NCBI RefSeq assembly: GCF_048593235.1
Contig: NC_133617.1
Coordinates: 705,850,958 to 705,914,957 of the forward strand
From: Sminthopsis crassicaudata
Lineage: Eukaryota
DNA length: 64,000 nucleotides
Reading direction: 5' to 3'
Part shown: in pieces, positions 51,301-62,615 of the stretch
Position numbering within the stretch: the first letter of the stretch is position 1
Layout of the letters: the number at the start of each line of letters is the position of its first letter
Position numbers and translations under genes: made by a program
Notes under the pieces: generated by a model
Databases searched by the model: none
What the model was told of the DNA's origin: nothing
Seen by the model: only the letters and a program-made list of their open reading frames with translations

Positions 51301-52264
51301 TCAACTCTCAAATGAGATAGTGGATGAAAAGCACTTTCCAAACATTTTGGTACTAAAATAAATGTGAGCTATATTTCTCCAATATTCTAAACAGAAATCT
51401 CCTGAAGTTCAAATGTTGAGATTAAAAAACATACCCACTGGTGCCACCTCGGTGAAGTCAACAGCACAGCTAGAGACCAGGAATCAGTTGTCCCCACTTC
51501 CAATTTCCTACTGTATATCATACATTTTTTCAAGATCTCACTCATTCCCCCCCCCCTTTTTATTCAGGACTTAAAACTCCAAATAAAATAGGCATTTCCA
51601 CAAATATTGCACAAAAAAGAGGACTATACACACAACTGCAGATCTCTGGTCTGTACAGGTTGCTATTCTTTGTTTTACCCCTTAATAAGAAGGATTTGGG
51701 GAACATGTACTTCCTGTCACTCCAAATCTCATCAAATACAAAGCACAGTGGTCAGGGCACAGGTGAGTTTTATTGAGTTTCTTTTTGAATCATGATTCTT
51801 GGCATCAGAGAACACAACCTATCGATATTTTCTTTCTAGAAAGTATGGAACCTGATTCATTACCAACTTCTGCTTGGTCTCTGTCTTCGTGGCTGTAGGA
51901 AAGAGGTTGAAGGGATAGAAGGAAAGAGTAAAAGAGATGGTAAATAGGAGATGAAGAGGACATTCATCCTGAAGGGTCAAAACCTCAGCAGCTCAAGCCA
52001 TAGCATTAGATCATCCAATCCTGGCCAAAAGGGAGTCCTATATCACAGAGGCTTTCAAACAAAGTGAGGGAGGTAGGAAGTGTTTTCTGGAGTCCCAGCC
52101 TAGTGTGCACCTGCTGCCAACCTTCTTAGGCCAGTGGCTTGAAGAATATTTCACAAGTAGACCCTATACCCTCCCCTTCCTCTAAATTTGAGACCCAGTC
52201 TCCCCTCCCCCACCCCCAACCCCATGCCCTCTCCCATTACAGCCCAGTGTCCATGTGTCAAGCT

Positions 52265-53922
52265 TCATTTACGCTTCTTCTCCTGTGTACTGGTGAACCA
52301 CGAGTCCAGGAGTTTCTTACTGTAGTAGAGCTGCCAGGCATGCACCTGGACAGCTACCACCAGCACCAGGTACATGATGGAGACAGCAGAGATGCCAAAA
52401 ATGACCCGGTAGGCTTTGCCGTGGAGGTAGAGCTGCTGGGCAGCAGGAAACATCTCCATGGTGCCATAGATGAGAGGGGCAATGGAGAAGAGCCCCGTGC
52501 TGATCATGGAGAGCACCAAGTAGCTTATGTTGTTTCGGGGGAATGAGAGCAGGCCGAAGCCAGAGGGCACAATGCTCAGCAGGTAAGGGTATTCCCACTG
52601 GTAGGGCATGGCAACTTGATCATAGGACAGGAGCTTCAGATGCCCTACACACATCTGGGCTGCCAACAGAAGCCAAAGGCCTATGTGAATGTAGATCAGC
52701 CTCTTAATCTCAGTCTTGAAGGTAACACTGTGGGACAGAGCAAAAGAAGAGTACATTTAGTGTGGAGGGAATCCGGGGGGGGGTCAGTCTGGGGAAGAGC
52801 CTTTTTCTAATACATACACACGTCGTCACTCTTTCTCCTCCTGCTTTTTTCTCTTTCTTTCAGCTTCATGCTTGGGTGGGAATGAAGCTGGGGAAAAGAT
52901 GCATAAGCAAGATTGGGAGGTATGTAAGTGAAAGGTCAGGGGCCATTCCAGCAGCATTTGGGCAGTGGAGGGAGGGCCTTTCCCCCGCATGCTCTAGAAC
53001 GGCCACTGACAGAACTTCGAGAGGGCCGGTTTAAGAAGACTGGAACAAAAATTAGGTGACACAATCTCCCAGGGAATTCCCACTAGCTGAAATGTCTTTC
53101 CTTCTATGTATGCTGATCTCCAGGACTAACTCACGACCTGGTAAACAGTAAGTCCTTAATTAATTTGGGTGGATGACTAATTACAGGATGGTAGGATTTA
53201 AATGTCTGCAAGGGCCTTTAGAAAGAACCACACCCGGTTCACATCTTACCTTCCCAACTAGAAACTGGACGCCGACTGCATCTAACAGAGCAGCAGCTTG
53301 ATAGGGTTTGGTGAATGGTGGGGCAGTCTGGCTCAAGTGGATGGGAAAAGGGGGAACCCAAGTATAGGTCAGAGGTCAAGTGCACGAATGGGTCACCCAT
53401 CAGTCCCGGACCCACCCCTGCTCCCATCACCCAAGGTGGATAAACTCCCCGACATGGATCAGACTTGTTTTGTTTGGCTACATCTATAGGAAATGATTTT
53501 GTATTTTGGGGGGAGGGGTGAAGGGAGAGGTGGGAGAGGAAAAGAAATAAAAGCTTGCTAATTTTTAAAAATAAAATTCAGGGTTTTTTTATTAAAAAAA
53601 GGGGGGCAGTGGTTTGAATGAATGGGGGGGTGGCAAGATAGATTTTAACTGGGTACGTGATGAATGGAAGGGAGTTCAAAGGCTGGGCCGCACCCAGGGG
53701 AGCCCCCAGAAGGGGGCGGGACTCCAAGCAGGTGCCCGGATGCAGCAGTGTCCCCCTCCCCCACCCACTGCACCCCTACCCTCACCCCCAGACCCCCGAA
53801 CGGGGACGCCGGACACCAGGCGCCGTCTCCTACCTCATCTGGTAGTGCGAGGCCACGCGCTCCCGGTGCCGATAGTCGCTGCCGTCCGTGCCCGCCGCCC
53901 GGGGCCCCGCGCGAGACGCCAT
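52265..53922 (-). CDS. JAGN1: Protein jagunal homolog 1, 183 aa. Exons: 53834..53922, 52265..52727
   Basis: [29 protein letters not shown]|[13 protein letters not shown]...[13 protein letters not shown]...[16 protein letters not shown]...[17 protein letters not shown] (C-terminal dilysine ER-retrieval motif). Donor AG|GTAGG, acceptor CCCACAG|T, total 552 nt. Confidence 0.97.
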
Positions 53923-54900
53923 CGCCCCAAACCCTAACTGAGGCTCCGAGAGCTAGGGTGAGAGCGAGCGTGAGTGCGAGGCTGCCCACCCCACCCGCCC
54001 CCGACAAACGGACTACCTCAGCCGAGCCAGACCGAACGCAGCCGAGCACGAGCCGAGCCCGGCCGAACGCAGCCGAACGAAGCCGAACGGGAGCCGAAGC
54101 CAACCGAGCCCAGCTCCTGAGGCACTTCCGCCTCTCTGCGCACGGAGGACTTCCGGTCTCTCTAGGCGCTTGGAAGACCAACTCGGTGGTCACACCTTGT
54201 GCATGAGTCATCCTTCCCAGTCCCTCTCCTGCACGTGGATTTTGGGCATGAAGCTGGTGATCTGTTCTGGAGCTGGAGCCCCGAGGTGGGCGTTTGAGTT
54301 TCCAGGAATCTTTGCTTTGTTCAAGCACGAGATAAAGTTTGTGGTTTGACAGTTTACCGACTTTAAGGGATGGGGCTGCGGAGCGGGGCAAGCAGGAAGG
54401 AACTGAGGGGGGAGGGGAAGAAATGAACCTGCTAGTCGTTAACGTTAGAGGGAAAAGGTCCGTTTCCAGAAGAAACTGACGCCCTGCGAGGTGAGGGGAA
54501 GTTCGAATTCGGTCCTCGAGATTTCACCTTCTCTTCCTTGGGCCGGCACAAGTGGGATGTGCAATAAAAAGTATCTGGAGAGGTTCATGTAGCTGCCCCG
54601 TGTGTGTATCTGTCATACATTGTCAACAGGAAATCACAAAAATACATGCGGAAAAGTGGATTTACCACAAGTAGAAATAGAACAAAGAAAGTATCCCCTC
54701 CTGGCTGGGAGCTGGTGTGGAGCTCAGGGCCTCCCGCAGACTTTGGGGCCGCGGGAAATAGGAGTTAGGAGCTCCTTTAGCAGCACCCGTGCATGAACAC
54801 TTACGTATGTGTGTATTTCCCTTTGTATCTGGCCACGTTGGAGAGGCCGCCGCTTGTGAATGAGCTGGGTTTTGTAGATGTCTCCGTCAATCAGGCCTGC
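53700..54900. promoter_or_regulatory. JAGN1 CpG-island promoter with two ETS-type CGGAAGT sites
   Basis: CACTTCCG at 54123-54130, GACTTCCGGT at 54148-54157 and an NRF1-like TGCGCA between them; CpG-rich. Confidence 0.7.
54021..54112. repeat. Degenerate ~10-bp tandem repeat, (G/A)CCGA-N5, about 9 units
   Basis: gccga gccag accga acgca gccga gcacga gccga gcccg gccga acgca gccga acgaa gccga acggga gccga agcca accga gccca. Confidence 0.75.
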
Positions 54901-55074
54901 AGGACTTGAGCATGAGGGGTGGGCTGTGCTTATATTGTTTTCCAGACCGGGGATTCATAGCAAGAGGAGCTATTTCCATTTCTGAGAACATCTGTTGGCT
55001 CGACACTATGGCATCTAGAAGCTTCAAAATAAAGAACAAATCTTCATGGCTTCCACCTCAAAAGTCCTCTGCTT

Positions 55075-55756
55075 AAAAAAAAAAAAAAAAACAACAGTTT
55101 GGACATATATACATATATTGTATTTAATTTATACTTTAACATGTATTGGTCAACCTGCCATGGGGGGAGGAGAAAAGTTGGAACAAGGGGTTTGGCAATT
55201 GTCAATGTTGTAAAATTACGATGCATATATCGTGTAAATAAAAACTATTATAAAAAAAAGTCCTCTGCTTACATCAACTGATGCTGAGTGAAATGAATAG
55301 AACCAGAAGATCGCTGTACACTTCAATGCTGTATGAAGATGTATCCTGATGGAAGTGGAAATCTTCAACGTAAAGAAGATCCAACTCACTTCCAGTTGAT
55401 CAATGATGGACAGAAACAACTACACCCAGAGAAGGAACACTGGGAAGTGAATGTAAACTGTTAGCACTACTGTCTTTCTACCCAGGTTACTTATACCTTC
55501 AGAATCTAATACTTAATGTGCAACAAGAAAATGGGATTTACACACATATATTATATCTAGGTTATACTGTAACACATGTAAAATGTATGGGATTGTCATC
55601 TAGGGGAGAGAGTAGAGGGAGGGAGGGCATAGTTTGGAAAAATGAATACAAGGGATAGTGTTATAAAAAATACTCATGCATATATACTGTCAAAAAATTA
55701 TAAATAAAATTTAAAAAAACAACCAAAAAACCCCAAAATAAATAAACTTCAAAAAA
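55075..55756 (+). mobile_element. Two adjacent L1 3' fragments sharing one target site
   Basis: AAAAGTCCTCTGCT occurs at 55060, 55256 and 55757, bracketing a fragment of about 180 bp and one of about 485 bp, each with an A-rich tail. Confidence 0.8.
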
Positions 55757-55914
55757 AAAAGTCCTCTGCTAATAATGGTGTATATTAGGATAAAGATGAG
55801 TAATTTTGGAGGGAATCTGTCATGTTGCCCTAGGCAAGACATTTAATTTCTGTTTGTCTCAGTTTCCTCATCTGAAAAATCACTTTAGCAGCTAAAAGAT
55901 GGCTCCATCAAAAG

Positions 55915-56340
55915 GTGTAGCCTAGGGCTCAATGTCGGACCTTATTCTCTTCTCCATAGTCTCTAAATTCATCAGCTGCCATAGTTTCAATTATCATCTT
56001 TATGCGGATGACTCTCAGATTTATGTGCTTAGTCATTATTTCCAAAACCAAACTCACTAAACTTTCTCCTAGAAACCTGCCCTTCCTTCAAACTTCCTTC
56101 TATCTGTTTAAACCAGTGTTCCTCAAACTTTTTAAAATAGGGGGCCAATTCACTGTCCCTCAGACTGTGGGAGGCCCGACAATAGTAAAAACAAAACCTC
56201 ACACTCTGTCTCCGCCTGTCAGCCCATTTTCAGCAGGCCGAATTATTTGAGAACCCCTGTTTTAAGGTCTCCATCATTCACTCTCATGTCCCCCATTTCA
56301 TCAGTTGCCAACTTTTTCAATTCTGTTTCCACAATATTTC
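55915..56340 (+). mobile_element. LINE-2 reverse-transcriptase remnant, interrupted by a hAT MITE
   Basis: CCTAGGGCTCAATGTCGGACCTTATTCTCTTCTC (PQGSVLGPLLF-like) and TATGCGGATGACTCTCAGATTTAT = YADDSQIY, the RT catalytic motif. Confidence 0.7.
56114..56259 (+). mobile_element. OC1 (OposCharlie1)-like non-autonomous hAT MITE
   Basis: TIRs CAGTGTTCCTCAAACT ... ATTTGAGAACCCCTG; 5' body TTTTAAAATAGGGGCCAATTCACTGTCCCTCAGACTGTGGGAGG resembles the OC1-family start as I recall it; degenerate 8-bp flanks GTTTAAAC / TTTTAAGG. Confidence 0.65.
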
Positions 56341-57986
56341 AACTGTGTCTTTCCCCTGCCCCATCTTACACCACCCCCTAATTACTTTGCATTTACTTAT
56401 TTAACTAGAATTTAAGCTGTTTAAAAAAATGCCACATGTCCCTTGAGGATAGAAACAATTTATTTTTTTATCTTATTCCAGGTATAGCACTTGCCTTGTA
56501 CATAATAATTGCTTAATAGATATTTGCTGAATTAAAAATAAGGCAGGGATTAATGCTGAGTCCTTATTCTTTAGCTCTGTGGTGTCAGTAATGTGAGAAG
56601 CAATTTCAAACAAAAAAAAAAGGTCGATGTTCTCTAGGAAATCCACCGTAAGGCCTTTCATTTTTCAAAAGTCCCACATATAACATCACTTCTACTGGAC
56701 AATATGCTCTTCTGAGTACATCCCTTGAGGCCAACTTTTGAAGGAACATGCGTGTACTTTCCTGTATTTGGGAAGAGGAAGGAGAAGAAATGAATTAATT
56801 CAAGCCAATGCCTTAAGATCTTACATAAGTTTGAGATTTAGAATTCGTGGGATACTCCAAGCAAAGAGAGCTTGCTGATACTGGTAAAACTGTTGCAGTG
56901 GAAATATCAGCTGGATAGCCTGTTATTGTTGCTCATCTTAGAGAACATATTGTATTCAAAGGAACATGGCATCCAGTGAAATTTGTAGAGATTGCAAACT
57001 TTTAAAACTGTGAGACAATGTATCATGGCATGGCCCCAAATGAATTGAGTTAGCTCATGTTTCCATTACTGTCTCTTAAGCAAGATGTGAAATTCCTTAC
57101 GCAAATTGGACGCTGACAAAATGTAAAACTGCCTTACTCTAGGTACATCCATATAATTCAATATGAAGAACAACTTAGATCCACTTGGCTCACCTTCCCA
57201 TCTATCTTGCACTTTTACAAGTACCATGAATCATGGGATATAAAGGTCTTTGGTGAAATTCTCATCAGAGGAGAAGAATAATGTTAAGTGTTCATAGGCT
57301 AGGAGTTCTCAGGTTTTTCTGTTCAGGTAAAATAAAAAACAAACTTGGTTTATGTCTTGCAGATTATTACCCTAAGTACATCAGAAGGAAAGAGGAAGAG
57401 TGTTTATTAAGCAGCTACTATATGGCAAATACTTAGTATTTTACAAATATTATTTCATTTGATCCTCAGAACAAACCTGTGAAGTAGGTACTGTTATCCC
57501 CATTTTACAGTTGAGGAAATAGGCAAGCAGAAGTTAAATGACTTGTCTAAAGTCAGCTAGTAACTTTCTGAGGCTGGATTTGAACTTAGGGCTTCCTGAC
57601 TCCACTCCTAGTTCTCTATCCATTGTACCACCTAGCTGCCTTGTGAGAGCTAAAGATCTATGTTTTGTTTTGTTTTGTTTTGTTTTCCATTTTGGGGGAA
57701 GATCTAGACATAAGTCAGATCTAAAGTCCTCTGGTTTAACTCTGGTTGTGGGTATGAACTAAAGAGATTATTGAGTATAAATAACCCAAGGAGATCACTT
57801 TGTTAGAATCAGTATTTATTTGTATACTTAAGTTTTAAGAGATTCTGGGCCTTTCAAATCATGTGCAAATATAAGAAGAATGTAACTCTATAATTCTTCT
57901 TACATTGCAGACTGTGAGGGACAATAGCTTATATAGTTGTAGACTACATAATTTTATGTAGATAAGTGCAGCGATTTGAAAAATAG

Positions 57987-58116
57987 NNNNNNNNNNNNNN
58001 NNNNNNNNNNNNNNNNNNNNNNNNNNNNNNNNNNNNNNNNNNNNNNNNNNNNNNNNNNNNNNNNNNNNNNNNNNNNNNNNNNNNNNNNNNNNNNNNNNNN
58101 NNNNNNNNNNNNNNNN
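57987..58116. other. Assembly gap (N run)
   Basis: 130 N. Confidence 1.
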
Positions 58117-58929
58117 CAAGGTTGAGCCCAGTAGATAGGACTCTGGGCATCACATTCTGGGTCTAGGATCAAGACACCTGCTTCCTCAGGAGGCATTTTT
58201 TAGGATGGAGCTTTGTTGTCTCTGCCCCTGTCAAATTCTCTCCTCTTTCTAAGCTATTTAGGTGGTTCTGTAGATAGAGCCCTGGCATGGGAGTTAGAGA
58301 AGCCTGAGTTCAAATCTTTCCTCTGCCATTTACTAGCACAGCAGTGCATCCCTTTCAGTCTTCATTTCTTCATCTATAAAATAATGTAGGGCCACCTACT
58401 ATCTCAAATTTATGATCTTATGGATTCCTATGGCAGAATCATAGATTTAAAAGGAACTTCAGAGATGATCAAATCCAACTTTTATCTAAATAACCTCCAC
58501 AAGGAGTTTATGTCTTATGAATTATTACTCTAAGTACATCAGAAGGAAAGAGGAAGAGTGTTTCTTAAGCAGCTACTATGTGCCAAACACTTAGTATTTT
58601 ACAAATATTATTTGAAGACCTCTAGTGAGGTAGAAAGCTATAACTATAAGCTATTTATATTAACTATATATATAAACTTATATATACAATATATATGTAT
58701 ATAAACTATATATAAAGCTATAACTTCTTGAGGCATTTTAGAGGGCTTAAATTTTTCTCAAGATAAATCTGCCCCTTTAAATTTCTGCCCACTGCTCCCA
58801 ATTCTAGCTTCTTAGTCCAAGCAAAACAAGACCAAGCTGTCCTTCTTTCCCAGGATAGTCACATCCTCACCTTTTTTTTCTTTTTTTTTGGAACAAAACC
58901 TCCCCACTGCTCCTTAGTTCTTGTAAATT

Positions 58930-59200
58930 ATCAGACAATCCGAGTCTTTTTCCTTGGTGTTCTCTTCATATGTCAGTTTGGTATTCAAAACTCTTCACAA
59001 TATGTTGCCCATCTGCCTTTGGCTCTTCCCTCCCACCTCCCTCATGTATGTACTCTTCTACTCAGAGATCTGGCCTCTTTGCTATTGTTTAAGCAAGATA
59101 CTGCATTTCCCAATTCCATTTTCATTGGCTATCATCCATGCCTAGATTTCTTTCCCTTCTTATCTCTATTTTCTGGCTTCTCTTATCCTTCCTCTAGTTT
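58930..59200 (+). mobile_element. LINE-2 3'-region fragment
   Basis: GGTATTCAAAACTCTTCACAAT...CTGGCCTCTTTGCTATTG...CATCCATGCCTAG resembles L2 3' sequence. Confidence 0.45.
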
Positions 59201-59799
59201 TTGTTCCTGTACAAGGAACTAACTGCACGAAATACATTGGAGTATATATTTTACCCAGTGAAAAATGCATCTACAACAATGCAGAAAGAATACAAAAAAT
59301 GAGATTCTCAAATAGTACATCCATAACTTGCTAGAAAGAAATTCAAATTGGGATTGCTTTTTTTGGCAACCCTCTGACATTTTGGTGAGTCCCATTTTTC
59401 CATGCATTGTCAACCACACCCTGTGGTTTAGAAACAATCATACTTTGAAGCTACTGAAGAAACAATTCTCTTCCTGATAAACCTGCAATGTCCAAATAAT
59501 TCACTGACTTTCAGTATATGAATTGTCATCATTGAGGCATATAGCTAGTATTGAAGATAAAAAAATTATTAATACTGCACTCTGTATTTTTAAAGGACTC
59601 AAGTATTCCATTACCATTACTTTAATCATTATCCAAAACATTTCTAGCTTAGAAATATGTTAAATTTGGCAAGAATCCTCCAAGATCTCTAACATAAACT
59701 TTCTGTTTCAAAATAAAACATTTATAGAAAATGACAGATTAGGGGAAATCACCTAGCTGAACTCTCCTAACATTTTCTTCCAAACAACTTTAAAATAAT

Positions 59800-61760
59800 G
59801 CCTCAAATTAAATTTTGGAATGGTAGAACAAAGAAAAAGTCAAGGTGAGACAATTTTCTAGCCTAAGAAAACTTAAGGTGTTTGGGACACTGAGAAGGCC
59901 TGTCTAGAATTCAAACATTCTGTGGCAGCAACTCCAGCCACAGTATCTGAATTAGCAACAGCTTGAGGAACCCTTAGCCTAAAGACAGAGAAATAGGTTC
60001 ATACAACTGCCAGAAAGAAATTACAAGAGACCTTTTATTGGTACTAAATACAGTTAGGGTACTAATTAACAACTCTATTGCCCTTACACAATTTTGAATC
60101 ACAGCTCTAGGGTACAGAGGAGTATGGTCACAAGAGAGCAGGGACCCTGATTATGTTCTAAGGCAAATAGAAGCACTAGTGGCAGCGGGGAACCAGGAGC
60201 CCTTTCTGAGCATAGATTAGGAGGGCAGTACCCATAACACACCATCTTATAAGCACCCAAAAAAACTTTCAGACCTCCAGAGTAAGTTCTGAAAACAGCA
60301 GCTTGAAAAAGCCTATAGCTTGAGATAGCACTTCCCCTAGTCATAGGTGAGTAGAGTCCAATTTTAACATAAAAGTCAAAGTTCAGAAAAACGCTAGAAA
60401 AAATAAGCAAATAAAAAATTGACCTGGAAATATATCTAGAAGAATTGCTCATGTTTAACCTATATTGGATTATTGCTGTCTAGGTGAGAGAGGAGATGGG
60501 GAGGGAAGGAGAAAAGTATGGAACACAAAGTTTTGCAAGGGTAAATGTTGAAATCTATATTGGCATGTATTTTGAAAAAAAAAAAAAAACAGGGCAACTA
60601 GGTGGCACAGTGGATAGAGCACCAGCCCTGAAAGAGGACCTGTGTTCAAATCTGGTCTCAGACTCTTAACATTTCCTAGCTGTATAACCCTAGGCAAGTC
60701 ACTTAACCAATTGCCTCAGCAAAATAAATAAATAAATAAAACTTTGTTATTTTTTTAAAAGGAAAAATACTTTTAAAAATGTGAATATAAAAAGTTACTA
60801 TGGTGACAGGGATGACCAGAACATAAACTTAGAGGGAAAAAGCCTCAAAGAAAAATACTAATTGGAAACAAACCTAACAAGAATTCCTGGAAGAACTGAA
60901 GAAAGAGATAAAAGTGGTGGAGGAAAAATTGGGGGAAATAAATAAAAATGAGGCAAAAAAATGCGAAAAGAGAATTAACAACTTGGTAAAAGAGGTACAA
61001 AAATTCACTGAAAAGAAGAACTACTTAAAAAAGTAGAATTGGCTAAATGGAGAAGTTTAAAAGCTCATTGAAGAAAGTAATTCCTTAAAAGTTAGCAAAA
61101 TATAACAAAACTTGCTCATGATAAACCAAGATCCATGATACACCAAGAAAAATAAAGTCAAAACAATGAAAAAAAATGTGAAATATCTCAATGGAAAAAC
61201 AATTGACCTGGAAAATAGATTGAAAAGAGATAATTTGAGAATTATTTGTTACCTAAAACTCATGATCAAAGAAAGAGCCTAGATATTACAATCAAAGGAA
61301 TTATCAAAGAACACTTCCCTGACATGTTATATACAGAGAACAAAATAGAAATTGAAAGAATCTTTCAATCACTTCCTGAAAGAGATCCCAAAATGAAAAC
61401 TCTCCATAATATTATAGCCAAAATCCAGAGCTCCCAGGTCAAAGAGAAAATATTGCAAGCAGTCAGAAAGAAATAATTCAGATACTGTGGAGCCATCGTC
61501 AGGACTACATATGATTTGGAGGCTTTCACACTAACGAAGTGAAGGGCTTAGAATATGGTATTCCAGAAGAAAAAGGAGCTAGGATTACAACCAAGAATAA
61601 CATATCTAGAAAAACTGAGTGTAATTTTTCAGGGAAGAAGATTGATATTCAAGGAAATAGATGACTTTCAAACATTCCTGAAGAAAAGACCAGAGGTGAG
61701 TAGAAAATATGACATTTAAACACAAAATTCAAGAGCAGCATAAAAACTTAAACATGAAAG
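59800..61760 (+). mobile_element. Decayed LINE-1 5'UTR and ORF1 (L1 transposase-22-type RNA-binding protein), interrupted by younger insertions at about 60430-60740
   Basis: ORF 61246..61476 and its flanks translate to DNLRII.LPKTHDQRKSLDI..KGIIKEHFPD..ENKIEIERI..S.PERDPKMKT.HNIIAKIQSSQVKEKILQAVRKK...GAIVRTT.DL, an L1 ORF1p signature, with several stops and frameshifts. Confidence 0.85.
60591..60740 (+). mobile_element. WSINE1-like SINE
   Basis: GGGCAACTAGGTGGCACAGTGGATAGAGCACCAGCCCTG...GTTCAAATCTGGTCTCAGAC...GGCAAGTCACTTAACC followed by an (AAAT)n tail. Confidence 0.75.
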
Positions 61761-62615
61761 AATTACAAAGTACCCAATAAAGTTAAACTGTTCATTAATG
61801 AACTTCTAGTGGAGTAGTGAAGAGGCCCAATCTTTCTGGGGAACAATTGGAACTATGTTCAAAGGGCTATAAAATTATGCATTCCTTTTGACTAAGCAAT
61901 ACCACTGCTAGATCTATATCCCAAAAAAGATTAAAGAAAAAGCAAAAGAACCCATATATACAAAAATATTTATAGCAGTTCTCTCTTTTTAAAAAAACAT
62001 ATTGCTTTATGAATCATGTTGGGAGAGAAAAATAAAAACAAAAGGGGAAAACCATGGGAGAGATTAAAAAAAAAAACAGAAAAAAATAAGTGAATATAGT
62101 AAGTTTTGATTTACATTCAGTCTCAGTCCTTTTTTGGCTGCAGATAGCAATTTCTGTTCAAAGTTCTATTGAGATTGCTTTGAATCAATGAACCACTCAG
62201 AAGAACCAAGTCTTTCGTAATTGATCATTGTGCATTCTTGCTGTTTTTGTGTACAATGTATTCCTGATTCTGTTTGTTTCCTTCAGCATCACTTTTCAGG
62301 CCTTTCTAACATCAGCTTATTGATCATTTTTTACAAAACAATAATATTCCATTACCTTCATATACCACAACTTGTTCAGCCATTCTTCAACTGATGGGTA
62401 TCTACTCATTTTCTAATTCTTTACTACCACATAAAGACCTGTATAGCAGTTCTTTTTATAGTGGAAAAGAGTTGGAATTCAAGGGGATGTTTATCAGTTG
62501 AGGTTTGGTGTATGATTGTGATGGAATCCCATATAACAAATTTTGTTTTGTTTTGTTTTGTTTTCTCAGAACATGTAGCAAGACATACATTAACTGACAT
62601 AAAGTGAAGTGAGAA

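Noticed and set aside
54021-54112. Repeat array as a CRISPR-like structure
   Set aside because: It has 5-bp cores with 5-bp spacers in a mammalian promoter, no repeat-spacer architecture of CRISPR size and no cas genes.
60591-60740. A-box/B-box sequences (also about 16220, 20540, 33155) as tRNA genes
   Set aside because: They are tRNA-derived SINE heads followed by CORE or A-rich tails; I could not fold a cloverleaf.
61246-61476. 76-aa ORF as a possible host gene
   Set aside because: It is a fragment of a decayed LINE-1 ORF1.
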